Of a stretch of DNA of 64,000 nucleotides, positions 40,713-54,705 are shown one piece after another (position 1 is the stretch's first letter; each line of letters opens with the position of its first letter). Location of the stretch: NCBI GenBank assembly GCA_050084515.1, contig CM114271.1, forward strand, positions 46,686,001-46,750,000. The letters run 5' to 3'. This DNA is from Blasia pusilla (taxonomy: Eukaryota). The position numbers and the translations under genes are program-made. The notes beneath the pieces were generated by a model, which had not been told where the DNA came from, did not search any database, and saw only the letters and a program-made list of their open reading frames with translations.

Positions 40713-41509
40713 TGTCATGACCCTCATAACCAAACGAGCGCGGATGCGAAATATAAGGACTCTAGTAGGCTCAAACCAAGATGGATGTGCGTCGGAGAAG
40801 TCTATTGAAGGAGACATGAGATAAGAGTAAGGTTGAGGGTTTCAGTTGGTAATGGTTGTAACTTGGGGAAACTTGGACCAAACACGGACCAAGACTTGAA
40901 ATGACTCAAGTCTAGAAGGGTGGGTTGCCAAAGAGGATGAGAACATGAATTGGAACTTGATTGAAGTTTTGGTGTTTCATTGTGTTTTAGGTCATAACAA
41001 AAAAACCCAAGATTTTTCAGCCTCTCTTCTTTCGGGGAATGGTCCATGCTTCCCTTCTTCTCGAGTCTGGGGCAGGCCGAGAGCCCAAGGACCCTCGGCT
41101 CGAGAGTCGACGCGGACCGAGATCCCAAGGTTTTGGGACAAGTAAATTGGCGTTGGAAAGCTTATGTGAAGCCGATTCCAATGCACCAAAGATCTTGCAA
41201 ATGCATAAGAGAGACCAAGAAACTGCCTGAAAACTATCGGAAGAACAATTGGGTTAAGGGCCAAAAAGAGCGACCCGAGAGTACTTTCCCAAAGGTAGGG
41301 AGAGGTGGGAGAACCCCAAAAGAATATATAAGGGGGATGGTCTCCAAGAGTGCTTGGGACCGAACTCCACTTTGGGAGCCACGTGGCTTGATGTATAGTT
41401 GAGTTGAGAAATCGGTGAGTTGGAAGGTTGGTTGACTCAAACCAAGACTAATGAGAGTGTGTTTGGATGCAGACCAGTAGAATAAGCTTGACCTACTAAA
41501 TGTAAGACA
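40713..41509 (+). mobile_element. Diverged solo LTR related to the chromovirus LTR
   Basis: Starts TGTCATGACCCTCATAACCAAA. Shares blocks CCAAGACTTGA, GGTTGCCAAAGAGG, GCGTTGGAAAGCT and GTGTTTGGATGCAGA with 5919-6946. Ends GACA, with TTTAG on both sides. Confidence 0.75.
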
Positions 41510-42559
41510 TTTAGAGCCTTATTTTAGAAGCTTAAAATTTTGAGTAAGCTATGCATTTTGAAATACATGAATTTCTATTTTTTGAAAGTGATCCTTAACC
41601 CAAAATTTTAGGTTTGGGATCAAGGAGGTGATCTATGATTGCATGTCACTAGAGAGAGGGTTTGGGGAGAGAGAGAGTTTGGGAGCTCATTCTTTTTTTA
41701 ATGAAGCTTCTTTGCATGAGGAGGTTCCGAGGTGGAGATATGGACCTATGGTGCTCCTTGCCTTGTGAATAATCCTATCCTTTCATCATGATTGTGGGTT
41801 TGGTTTGATAAGAGAGGAAGAGTATGTGTATATGAGACATGGAGTTGTATTGGAGTGAGACACACTTCTGTTTCATTGGAGATAATTTGGTAGCTACTTG
41901 CCTCCATCATTAGATTCCGTGACTAAGTGCTTAGTCTAGTATTTCGAGTGTTTGATTAGTGACACTGATATATATGTTATATAGCATTATATGTATGCAT
42001 GACAACCCTTATGGTTGGATGCTAAAAATATTAAATTAGAACTAGAGGAAATTAGTTAGAGGACACATGCATTCGATCATATGGCAAAGTGAGTGTGTGA
42101 ATGGACAATAATATTGTAGCATTTTTTTCAAGTCTATTTCCATAAAATAATCAATAATCCTTAAGTGAGAAAATACCTACAACAAATTTCCCTTTTGCCT
42201 ACATGATGCCTTGTTTTTTTCTTTTGTTTCCAACTTTCCAAAACTCCTCTTTTCACTTGTAAGGTAGTTTCATTCTAGAGTGGGATTAAATCTAGAGCTT
42301 TTTAGGTTAAGATTTTTTCCATGTTGATGGAGAGAATCCGTGGATGAGTGAGGGTTGTAGTACTAATTATTTTTCTTATGGTTGATTCTCTTCTATTTCT
42401 ATTTTATTATGATTTCAATAGTAGTTATGTTGTGTTGTGTTGGTTGGATGTACACATTTTATGGATTGTATTCATGAGAAATGTATAAAGATAGCATGCT
42501 ATTATTGGAGATAAAAATATAAAAAAAGAATTAAATTATCTTATTTCCGAGTGGAGGAC

Positions 42560-44970
42560 ATGTAATCTTATGAATGCTATATGATTACTTCATGAGGAAG
42601 TTGCAAGATTTTTTTGGTATCAAGGATTCATAAAATCATTGCAAATACATTAGCTTCTCAGAGAACATGGAATTAAGGAGTAGTTCTTCATCGCATATAC
42701 ACCACAACAAAATAGAGTTGGTAAGGTGTATGGTAAAGAACAAGTTTTGAGAAAAAATAAATTTGGGATAAATTTGTTAATACTCTAGTTTATATTTTGA
42801 ATAGAGGTTCTATCAAGCCAGTACAAGGTCTCACTCCTCATCAATCACACTCAAGTAAGGGACTATTACTCTAATATTTTAGGAGTTTTGGTAATGTTTT
42901 GTACATAATGCTCATGCATCAAGGACGAAGCTCGATTCTAAGAGCAAGAAGTGCATCTTTACAAGGATAGAGTGATAAGTCTAAAGCTTATTGCTTCTAG
43001 TGTCTTAAGGCAATGAAAATATGTTCTTGTCATAACATAGTGTTCTAGGAACAACCTTGCTTTATATACCTATACCAATATGATATGAAGCCACCATTTT
43101 TAAACAAGAGTCTCAAGAAAGAGTTATATGTGTCCCAACCACTACGTTTAAAGATACTTGGATCAAAAGAGAAAGTATGTTTGCTTCATTGAGAATTGTA
43201 TGGGATAGCTTAAGCAAGCCCCCAAGATATGGTATCAACAAATAGATATATTCTTGAGAGAAAAGTGCCTCACTCAGATTCCCTTAGAAGAAAATTAACG
43301 TGGATTTTATCAAGATGGGACATACAAGTTGCTCGACAAGTTGATTATCTTATATGGGGATGATCTCATTGTCCCAAGAGACCATGATGAGAAAATAAAG
43401 GAGATGAAGGAAGTGTTGAAATATAAATTTGAATTACCTAATTTAGGTGTTTAAATCATGTTTTGCATTATTTCATAGACCTTGAGATGTGGAAATAGTC
43501 ACATTCTTCTTTTGTCTGAAAAAAACATGCACGCAATGAAGGCATTCTGACGTATTCACGATGATTGATTGTAAGGAAGTGGTCTTGCCAATAGAGGTTG
43601 ATTTGAAGCTCTTAATATAGGTTTTTTTACTATGGAAAGATGAAAATATGTACAAAAGGCTACTTGGAAATTTGATATTCTTAGGTAATACAAGATCAAA
43701 CATCAATTTTACAATGTATGTATTGAGTAGGTTCTTAACTCAAACTTGTGAGAACCACTGAACAAGCCATTGAAGAGTAGAGATGCATGTGTTGAAGCAC
43801 AACTAAACTAAGGAACTAATTACTACAACGCTACCTATAGAGCAAGCGCAAATATGATAAGATTTTGTGACTTAGATCGTGCGAGAGACTCTAATTCTCA
43901 ATCAGGTAGGATATTGTGGATGAATAAGAAACTACATATTGTGGCTCTTTCTTCTACCAAGGTTGGGTACAAGGTGGTGTATTATGCTTCATATGATTCA
44001 TTATAGAGTTCAAACTCTACTTCTCCTTGCTTCATCCTAAAGCAGTCATGACCTTGAGCTTTACAAGCATACATCATGGTTAATCCCTTATTCATGGACT
44101 TAAGTGGATAGATAGATCCCTCCCCCCTATAGGTATTTCTTAGGTTCTCCACGGGAATTGCACCTTTCCCAATGTTAAGTTGTGGGCCCTTAATTTTGGC
44201 CTACAACCCAAACGTGATTAGGGTTGTGGGCCAAAATTTGATTCGCTATCCCCCAAGATGGCTTGGTGGAGTCTTCATGAAAATTCTACAACTTCCAACT
44301 TCCCAAACACACATGGAAGCTTAGATCCACATTTTTTAAAATCTCATGGTTAGTGTCTGTCTCGACTCTCGCCGTTTGGCATTTCAAGGTTATCTTGTCC
44401 TTTGCGTTTTATGCCTAGTCTTACATTGTCTCATCCTTCTTGACTACTCCCGCGTTTCTTATTTCTCACCCTTGAATTGGAGCTTGGCTCAAGAGTTTGC
44501 CACCTTGCTTGCCTTGCCCTTATCCTTGCAAGTTGCTATGCCAGTCTCGTCTAGCGTAAGTCCCACGATCGATTTAACCATCCTTCCTTAGCCTCACAAC
44601 TAGCTATTCTAGGTTCTAACTTTGATGGACCATACCAAGGTCTCTCCTACTTGGACTCGTCATTATGACTTGCTTCTCGGGTTCTCGATAGCGTGGATGC
44701 CATAGATTTAGTTATTCATGGGGAGCAATTTGGTTGAGATGGATATTGGAGGCCATACTATTAGAAGAAGTGCCAAAGAGTGTTATTGTAATGTGTACAT
44801 TACCGTCACATAGAACCATGTGTTTAATTCTCACACAAAGCATTTAAAGATCCAATATCATTTTGATTGTGACTTGATTAAGAGAGAGGTTTTAGAGTTA
44901 GTATATCATCTAAATGGATAATCATATAGACATCTTTACCAAAGCTTTAAAGGATCTTGGAATATGTCCA
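42560..44970 (+). mobile_element. Highly decayed Ty1/Copia pol (IN-RT-RNase H)
   Basis: Motif remnants in Copia order: YTPQQN (~42700), LDSKSKKCIF (~42930), LYG/LKQAPK.W (~43200), LYGDDL (~43350), HTKHL..QYHF (~44835), DIFTKAL (~44930). Confidence 0.75.
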
Positions 44971-45684
44971 AGACAAGAGTTCACCTTAGGATGAATATTG
45001 AACATCCACTTTTTTTTTGAACCATTAATTCGAAAGACCTTCGTCTTTGGGGAGAAACCTAGATTGTTAGTCTCGACTTAGAGGTTGAAGGGATGATAAT
45101 TATAGACATAGGTGGTTTACAAAGTATAGGGTTATTAGGATGAACTACCCTTATTTTCATCAAGGTGTATGGTCCCTTGATGCATTGGAGGGTTCCATAG
45201 GCATAGCCCCTAGTACGCCAAGACAACAGAGGGGGACATTAGAGGAAGTTTTGACCCTAAAATAAATATCCTAATTTTCCAAGTAGTCAAATAGTAGGGG
45301 AATCGTAGCAATAGCAATTCTCGTGTATCAAGTTTTCTCCATGTTCAAGTTCTATCAAAGCTCTATTGAGAGTGTTTCAATGAAACATGCCACATTGTAC
45401 TTTTTAAATTTGTTATGCATGAAATGATTTTTTTTCGCAATTTATTTTCTCACACTTTCCTTGTCCTCTTATGAGCTTTGTTTAGATAATCAAGTGGATC
45501 TCTAATCAACAAATTATCATGATGTGTCGTGCAATATTTTCATTCTTTGGATCTTAGTTATTATAGAGTTATCTAATATAAGGTGATTTAATTTGTAGAT
45601 TACCATTTTGGCTCTATGCGAAAGAAGATGGAAATAGACACCTCATATTCTTTCAACACTATAGCAATCACAAATTTGAATCTT

Positions 45685-45871
45685 ACCTATCAATTTATGA
45701 TCTTGAAATTCTTCCTAGAAAAAACTTCTATTGAAATCTTCAACATTGAAGAGGAATGACACTAATAGTTTTTTTCATGCTTTCACTTTTCAATATGTTT
45801 TTCTCTTCAATGTTGAAGATTTCAATAGAATTTTTTTCTAGGAAGAATTTTAAGATCATAAATTGATAGGT
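45685..45871. repeat. Near-perfect inverted repeat: 72-bp arms, ~43-nt loop
   Basis: 45685-45756 is the reverse complement of 45800-45871 with 3 mismatches. Confidence 0.92.
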
Positions 45872-48800
45872 GTGAAATATTTTTATTTTTAGAAATTCAA
45901 ATACAACCTCAGCTTAAATCTTAAGGGAGTAATAATACTCCACTCCTCAATTAAAATTTAAATCATACCCCACTCTCCTAAAGAACTCTATCCCTCTATA
46001 AACATTTAAGTGATTTTTACTCCTCCCATGAAAGTAACACCCATTGATTAAATCCTTAGTTAATTTATATTAATGAAATCATTTTCCTCTTCGATTAAAG
46101 TTTATTTTCCCTTCCCAAAACATCAAATGTAAATTAAAGATGAATTAGGGGACAAAATTGTAAACTTGTGACTTTTTTGTCTTATTGTCTCACTATTTTG
46201 TATTACTATGCATATAGGATTGCCAATAGTAATTTAAAATATTTGAGTAAAAACTATCTAAAATATTTTCATATATATCTTACTATCTTAGGAAAGAAAA
46301 CTAATTTTCCTCCAATCATGATATATGTTATTTCTTAAAAATAATTTTCATACTCATACTTTTGTACTAATTTTGGTATTATCTATAGTTAGATTATAAT
46401 GGTGATCCCTTAAAAGAAAAAAAATGGGCTAGTAAGAAAAAATAGCAACATGTTTGAATTTTATATGCCAATTTATATTAGATGGGTAGAGAAAATAAAT
46501 TTTAATGGAATAGAAAATATTTTTATTTATAAGTAATTAAATACTATTTTATTAGAATGGATCAAATAAAATTAAATTAGATATCCTGGGAGAACGAAAA
46601 TGAATTTTAATAGAGAAAATAAAATATTTTATTAATTAAAATAATTTAGTTAGTAGATGTTAGTTTGGTGGGAAGAATAGGTATTGTTCAAATTTTTATG
46701 GAAGAGTGAAATTATTTGAGAGAGTTGAGAATTATTTAAATTTTAATTTAAAAAAATACATGTTATTTCTCTTTTAAAATCTTAAAAGAGGTTGAAATGA
46801 AATTATAATTTTCAAATTATTTTTTCATTATTAAAAAATAATTTTCGTTGGAAAATTAATTAATAGATGTACTAACTAATGATTATTTAAATAGAGTTCC
46901 GTGCCCAAAACGTAATTTTCTTCTTTTCTTTTCAATATATTGTAAAACCACCATATAACTTTTCAATCACGTGGCTAAGATATATTAAGAAATACACGAC
47001 AATAATGGGAGTCTTCACTTTTTAAAGTAGTGCGCTATTTACTTGCAATTGGTTAGACTAGTATGTACCCTCATTTAAGATCCGATCCCTTGCTCTTCGC
47101 ACTTAGCTGCCACTAAAATAGACGTTCATTTGATGGGATGAATCCCATATATTTATCTCCAAAAATTAGTAGGGAAATGAGGTGATATACAAGAGGATTA
47201 ATGCGCCTAATAGAGAAGAGGCATTCTCTGATTTGCGAGAAAGAAAGAAAGTTTAAGGACTTTTATCGCTTAGTGATATTCGGGAGCATTGTCTTATGCG
47301 AACTCTCACTTTTCAAGTTTTAATCCCAACAATTTTAGAATGCTAAAAGCTCTTCTCCCAAAATAGAAACATCTTCAAATAGAATTATTTCAATTACTTG
47401 TTTGATAATGTAAGCTTTCTAGGCTGCGTATCTTCCAGTTTTTTTTCATAAAATAGTATATCTTTAAAAATCCCATAGAAGTGGATATCTCCATTTACAT
47501 TTTCCTTGAAATGGACGATGTCTTTAAACCCAATAGAAAAAGTAAAAAAAACCATTAGGGGGTCTCATTTGGAGGACTTAAAGTTTTGGACATCTTTCAA
47601 CAGTTTGACCGTAAAATAAGGACAGCTTTCATTTATGTCCCAGTCACTTCAATCTTGAGCGGTTCCATTATTTCCAAGGTGTGTGACCTCAATGCACGCA
47701 CATCCCTCTTGGACGTCCGGTCGTAGGAGGTGAGCATCCACCTTCGATGGCACCCGAGCACGGAATTTGGCCGTATAGAAAGTTATGGCTTCAGACATCA
47801 TACCCTACGGGGCATTTCTGAGATGCTCTATTAAAGCAGCCCAAGCTAAATTAATAATGTCCTTTATTTCTTTTCAAAAACTATAGATTAAAAAAATAAT
47901 ATAAATTTATTAATATTTTATTAAAAATTATGCTTGTTGTTACATGCTCTCTTTTTTCAAAGTTCATGTGTCCTTTTTTTTTTCCAAAAGATATAATTGG
48001 TTTTCTAAGTTTCTATGAAGGATTTTTTTTTTCACAATAGTATGTCTCATTGAGGCCATTGTGGGTTCCCATTATAATTTTAGGGTTCATCACATCCCAC
48101 TCTTGAGGGATTTTATGTTGTCCATTGATGAGGGATTCTATCCTCTCCAACTTGCACTGAAAAGTGTAGAGACATACTCTAGGTGGGGGGTGAGAGCTAG
48201 GTTAAAGAATTTCCTTTCTTCCATGTATGGTGGACCCCCCTCCCCCCCCCCCCTCTACTTCTTTTCTCATAGCAACACAATAAGCCCTTGTGTCTAATCA
48301 ATCTTATCCATTTTATATATTGAGGTTAAATCAACAAATGTACATAGAGGTCATCTCTTTAATTATATATATTTACATGAATGAGATGATTGTGATGCAT
48401 GATATTGTGAGGGACACCATTCTATTGACCCTGAGATTTTAAACATGTATGTCCTTCAAGAAATGAGAGGATTCTTATAATCCTCCAAGGTTGCATGAAA
48501 ATGGACTTGTCCATCCATGTTTGGTCTATGTATGGTGAAGTTTGGACATGTCCAATGGATTACCTGCCCATTTTTTTTTGGTACCCTAGTTGCCCGCGCG
48601 GGCTTAGGACGCGGGGATAGGTACGGGCTTGGATTAAAGGATTCAAGCAGGGATCAAATAAGTATGCAGGATTCGAGCGCGTTCCTAACCCGCATCGGGT
48701 TGGCTCAGTACGGGCTACAAAACAAGTGGTAGAAATGGACGACGGATTATTGGACTCGGGTATGGGCTTGCCAAGCCCGGGTCTACGTTATGGACAGTGG

Positions 48801-51701
48801 GAACCTGGGCCTGCTCGGACATGTCCACGAATACAGACTTTGTCCGTGTGCAACCTTGTAATCCGCCATTAGAGGCATGATGAGGCATCCCATATTGCAA
48901 GGATAATCTCTTCTTTCATCAAGAGGAGATGACATACATCCCGCACATGGTAATACTAGATCCCAAATGTAAGATCTTTATTGACACTATTTGAGAGCAA
49001 CTCAAGAACTGATTGTGAGGTTCATGGTGCATATTTGGTGGAAAATAGGAATCTAAGATATGATTTAGAGAAGAGATGTGAGAGGTTGAGTTTTTCTCCT
49101 TGACAATGGAGGTGTTTGGTTGTCTTCACCTATGGATTTTTGGAGGTATCAACACCAACGACAAGGAAGGAGTAGAGGTTAAGGGCATTCCATCTCTATC
49201 TAAGGGTTGGTCGGTTGTTAATCTCAAACAACAAATTTGCAAGACCCTTCTAAGGGCATAAGCATAGGGAATATAATATAGAGTTTTGGAAGTAAACGCT
49301 TGTTTTACTAGAGGTTCTATACTTTCAATCGAAGTGTTGTACTTGTAAAGAACTTACATACTAGATCATGTAGCCTAGCTAAACCATTATTGGCAGGAGT
49401 TTTCTATGAAGTTTATGCCTTCTTTTCTTGAATTTTTTTTCATGGTGGGGGTTATTCTTATTTGTTATTTTGGGATAATTTTCTATAGATATATGTATAA
49501 AGAGCGTCTCAGAAATGCCATAATTTAACTATATAAACTATGAAGGTTGCATATTGACATCCATGAAAATCAAACTTGTTGTAATTGGTTCCAAATCTAT
49601 ATAAAAAGTATAAACATTCAAGATAAGGATCTTTGACCAATTTACGATGTCCATGAGTCCATTGGAAGATAGTCATTCAAAATTAGGTTAGAATTTGTAG
49701 TAGTTAAAAAAGGAAAGGGAAAACTTAAAAACACATTAGTATATTGGATAATCTATAGAATATTTTATAGTTTATTTAAATAACTGAAACCTTTTTCCCC
49801 AAGGGACTAACATATAGTGGGTCCAAGGGATGGATATGAAAAACTGTAATAAAAGATAGATGAAAATAAAATTCGAACAATTGAAAAAAATTGGAGATCA
49901 TAAATACTTTTGGTGAATAACACTTGTAGGTATATATGGTGAGAAATTTATGAGGAAATCCAATTGCAATGATAAAAATCTAATATGAAAATTTAAGAGA
50001 TGAGTTGCTTCTATGCAAGCATTTTCATTCATTACTTTCTTGAAGAAAAAAATTGATTTTAAATGATGTCATACTAATTAGGACCCGTGAGAGATCGTGT
50101 AATTTAATTAATATATATAAAAGAAATAGATGTCACGCGCCAAAGACACTTGTTTATATACCTCCCAAACCGTCCCCATTTCATAAACATTTTGTTTCTC
50201 GACCATAAATTCTAGAGAATTGAAGTTTTTAGTTGGATGTTTCCATTGAAAAATTGTCACTTCCGAACCTTTGTTCACACATATTTATTAATTTAAAAAT
50301 TTGACAAACAGAAATATGATAATTTAAAATAATCCTTGATGCAGATAATAATAATCAGTATCGCGTAAGTTGCCGTTGAAAGGATGCTCGCGTGGTTAGG
50401 GAAGGCGTTGTGGGGACAGCCACTGCAGTCGTAGTCCACAATAGTATCGTGGAGGAGTTCGCGGAGACAACAGTCAAGTCGCCGACTCCAGTGACGGTCA
50501 CACCGGTGGGTCCTACATATTATTGTTTTATTAAGCTGGGGTTGTCCCTTGTGATTCCCAGTAAAACGGATTGTGTGTTCGCGGCTTTCCACTTTCATGG
50601 GACCGTATGATATACAGACAGACAGATGGATCGGGGCTGCCGTCCGGCGACGGCAGTCGGAACCCGTTGTGAAATCTGCTATTTCTGGGCGGGCCCGGGA
50701 CTGGAGCGAGACGGCAGTCGAGTTCACGGACCGGTCCGACGGTCAGATGGGCCGGAAAAGCTGTACGACCCATTGTAGAGTGTAGAGTGTAGACCCGGGC
50801 GAGGAGGAACGGGTTCACGGAGCACGGAGGCGTCCTTGGAGGCTTGGAAAGCGCGTGCACGAATCGATACTCAAATGGGAGTCCACTGCGTAGAGCAGTT
50901 TGTTCTCGACTCTGTCGTCTTGGGAGCGAGACGGAGATTCATGCTCGGGGCCTGCTCGCCTTCTTCAGCTTGCAGCGTAGCCGGAGCGGCAGTGGTAGTG
51001 GTGCGAATTCTGACACAATGGTAGGAAATTTCTGCAGCTCTACTTCCATATACCCGCTTGCGCAATCGAAACTCTCCGTGGCACTCACTAATGTCTCCAT
51101 GCGCCGCGTATGGCCACTGCGAGTTGTAGTCAATTGATTACTGCCAGCAATCGAAAGCGCAATTCTCCTTCTCGTGATATCCCAGCGGAGACTGACTGGT
51201 GGAGCGATGAGCGATGATGATACCAGTCGTAGCTCACCTTGGAGAACATGGATGTCAATTTCAATGAGAGACAATTGCGCGCGTGCGCACACACATACAT
51301 TCTTCTGATTGAGCGGTGCTTGTCGTGGCCTTGCGAACACAGACCCCGCGCGCTCTGGTGCTCTGGGATGGGTAGAGGAGGAGACGGAATGTTTGAGAGA
51401 GACTTCTATTCTAGTCCACGGGAAACACAGAGCTCTATGGGATCCCTTCCATACGTGTGATTGTCACATCGTATTCTGCGGGCACTTTCACATCCATCCA
51501 GATTTCAAGCACTCGCTTGGAGTTCCCGTGGAGGAGATTTTTTTTTCCCATGAAGACCTGGGTTTCTTTCCGGATTCGGGAGCATAGTTAAGTCACAGCA
51601 AGCATGGGTTATCCATACCGCCACCAGGCGGGTATTGAACGCGTGGTCGATTCGCGAGATAACATTCTACTGGTGCTGTGTAGGAGGGGAAGGAGCAAAG
51701 C

Positions 51702-54700
51702 ATGGAGGAAACCGCAGGCATGCGAGAGCGTGCAGTGGCGAAGGCGGATTCGAAGGACTCCGAATACACTCTCGATGGATCAGTGGACATGAAGGGGAAT
51801 CCTTCAGTGCGAGCCAAAAGTGGGGGTTGGGGGGCATGTCCGTTCATTTTGGGTTAGTACTCTGCTTTCCTTCCTCCCTCCGCTCATTCGTCAAGAAGGA
51901 CATGCTGAGCAGAACATGCCCAGGAGTTCGTTTCATTCTCTCTGGTTACGTGATGACAGGAAACGAGATGTGCGAAAGACTCGCCTTCTACGGTATCGCC
52001 ACCAACTTGGTGGTGTATTTGACCTCAGAATTACACCAAGGGACCGCGCAAGCATCCAACAATGTTACCAACTGGTCAGGCACTTGTTACATCACAACAA
52101 TCATTGGCGGATTCGTCGCTGACGCGTATCTGGGGAGGTACTGGACAATTGCAATATTTTCGGCCGTCTACTTTCTTGTAAGTCTCAACACTTCCGTGTC
52201 CAACTGCGTTTCGTCACTTTCTTGGTGTCACTGACCTCTGTCTATGCGGTTTCCTCGAAGCGAAAACGCCAAACTCTAGGCCTGCCAATTTCCGAAGGTG
52301 ATGTTTTCTGGTCGTTCGGTCTGGAGTTCCGAGTTGTCGTAACTCGAGTCGAGACGACGACGTTTTACACCGCGAATCTAGGACGGCGTGAAGCTATACT
52401 CTTCTTTCTGGCAGCACACTATCTTTGCGGAAACCGTGTGCCAACCTCGAATTTCTTCGAAGAAGAGAGTGTTGTCTGAGTCCTGAGAAGTCGAAGCGGA
52501 GGGTGTTTGAGCCATTTAAGAGCTTTCAGTCAATGTTTGGTCAATGTAACAGACAGTAAGACCCATGTTTCGTGGATACCCGCACGCCGATGACACGGTT
52601 TTACACGAATCTTCTCTTTCTGGATAAGAATCTTCATCTCACGAAATGAAATTGTCGCATTTTGAGGTGTTGATGACTACAAGCTGAACGGCTCTCTTGA
52701 ACACTGAGACTGCAAAATCTTCTGGCGATGTTCTCCATCGACGATGCGTTTTCTTGTCGTCGAAGTCCTGCTTGAACACTGATCATGATCTTGACACTCG
52801 CAGGGGATGATTTTGTTGACCCTCTCCGCATCGTTACCCTCGTATCGGCCAGCCCCTTGCGTGCCTCCCCACAGTAATTCGTGCCCTCCAGCCTCAGAGA
52901 GTTCGCTTGTGCTTTTCTACTTCTCGTTGTATTTGGTGGCTTTGGGGACCGGAGGAATCAAACCCTGCGTCTCGTCTTTCGGAGCCGACCAATTCGATGA
53001 AAACCATGAGAAAGAGAACATTCGGAAAGCCTCTTTCTTCAACTGGTTCTACTTCTCCATCAACATCGGGGCCGTCGTTGCCTCCAGCGTGCTTGTGTAT
53101 GTTCAGACGAACCTTAGCTGGGGCATAGGCTTTGGTATTCCTGCGGGAGCCATGGGAATTGCCATCGTCAGTTTTTTTCTGGGGACCCCTAGATATCGCC
53201 ATCAAAGACCTGGGGGCAGTCCTCTCACTCGCATTGCCCAAGTGATGGTTGCATCACTCCGGAAGTGGAATGTGGAAGTCCCAGCCGAAGAGTCACAACT
53301 CCATGAAGTGCACGACAGGGAGTCTGCAATTCAGGGCAGTCGCAAAATGAGGCACACCAACAAGTTCAGGCAAGCGACCGTTCCATTCCTTCTCTGTCCA
53401 ATTCCTGTCCAGCGTAAACATGTCTTCTTTCTCACGTCGTCTGTTCTTTTCATGGTTCTTGGGAGAGCTTTGTGATTTTCGGTTCCTCGCCATCAATTTA
53501 AAGGTGAGCGCAATCCTTCCATTCCAGCTCCAAGGAACAGGAATCTTGCAATTCGCTTTCCCCCTTCGCTCTTTGCTGAAGGTAAATGTTCGATATCCGC
53601 ATTCGACTGGAATGCTGCGAGGAAGTCTGTACATCCGCTTCATCTGCAACAAGCGAGTGAGCGGAGGTGATCTGGAAGAAAGGATTTGCGGTTCTGTGGA
53701 AGGCAGAATGTATCACGCAGGCGATGTAATAGAGGAGACAGGTGAAGGTAGTATGCTTATTGAGCTTACGATATAGCCCTTGTCCCCGGGGGTCTTCCTT
53801 GCAGGTTTCTCGATAAGGCGGCAACAGCGAGCCCGACGGACATGCAGGGATACAAAGATCAGAATGGCGTGAGCCCTTGGAGGCTTGTCACTGTCACGCA
53901 GGTCGAGGAGGTGAAACTCGTTGCGCGGCTTATGCCAATATGGGCGTCGAGCATAGTGTTTTCGACTGTATACAGTCAGATGTCCACGCTGTTTGTCGTT
54001 CAGGGTGAGAGGATGAATAGTTCTATGGGACCAAACTTCAACATTCCGGCTGCTTCTTTAAGCATCTTCGACACGCTCAGTGTGATCTTTTGGGTCCCGG
54101 TCTACGACCGTTTACTGATTCCTTTGGTGCGGAGATACACGGGCCATCCTCGAGGGTTTTCACAGCTTCAGCGCATGGGAATCGGATTAGCGATCTCCGT
54201 CTTGGCGATGGTTGCTGCGGGGGTCGTGGAGATTGAGCGGCTGCGAGTAGCGAAGAACAAGAACTTGCTGAATGACGCAGATCATGAAGTGCCGCTGAGC
54301 ATTTTTTGGCAGATTCCTCAATATTTCCTCATTGGTTGCGCGGAAGTGTTCACATTTGTTGGTCAGATAGAATTTTTCTACGATCAAGCTCCCGATGCCA
54401 TGCGTAGTCTTATGAGTGCCATGAATTTAGTGACGGTTGCTCTTGGAAACTATTTGAGCACTTTGTTGGTCACCATCATGACGCACATCACAAGACGAGG
54501 AGGTAGTCCAGGTTGGATCCCCGACAACATCAACGTTGGCCACATCGATTACTTCTTCTTCCTCCTTGCCGTTCTCAGTGTGCTCAATTTGATCTACTAC
54601 TTACTTGTTGCAGTCTGGTACCGATACAAGGCAGTGGAGCCTGTCAACGAAGAAGATGACTTGCAGCTGTCTTCTCAAAATCTTCAGCAGCTACACAGCC

Positions 54701-54705
54701 ATTGA
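51702..54705 (+). CDS. NRT1/PTR family (NPF, likely NPF8-type) peptide/nitrate transporter, exons 51702-51852, 51960-52177, 52804-53369, 53805-54705
   Basis: [30 protein letters not shown] (ExxER), [88 protein letters not shown]. Confidence 0.95.
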
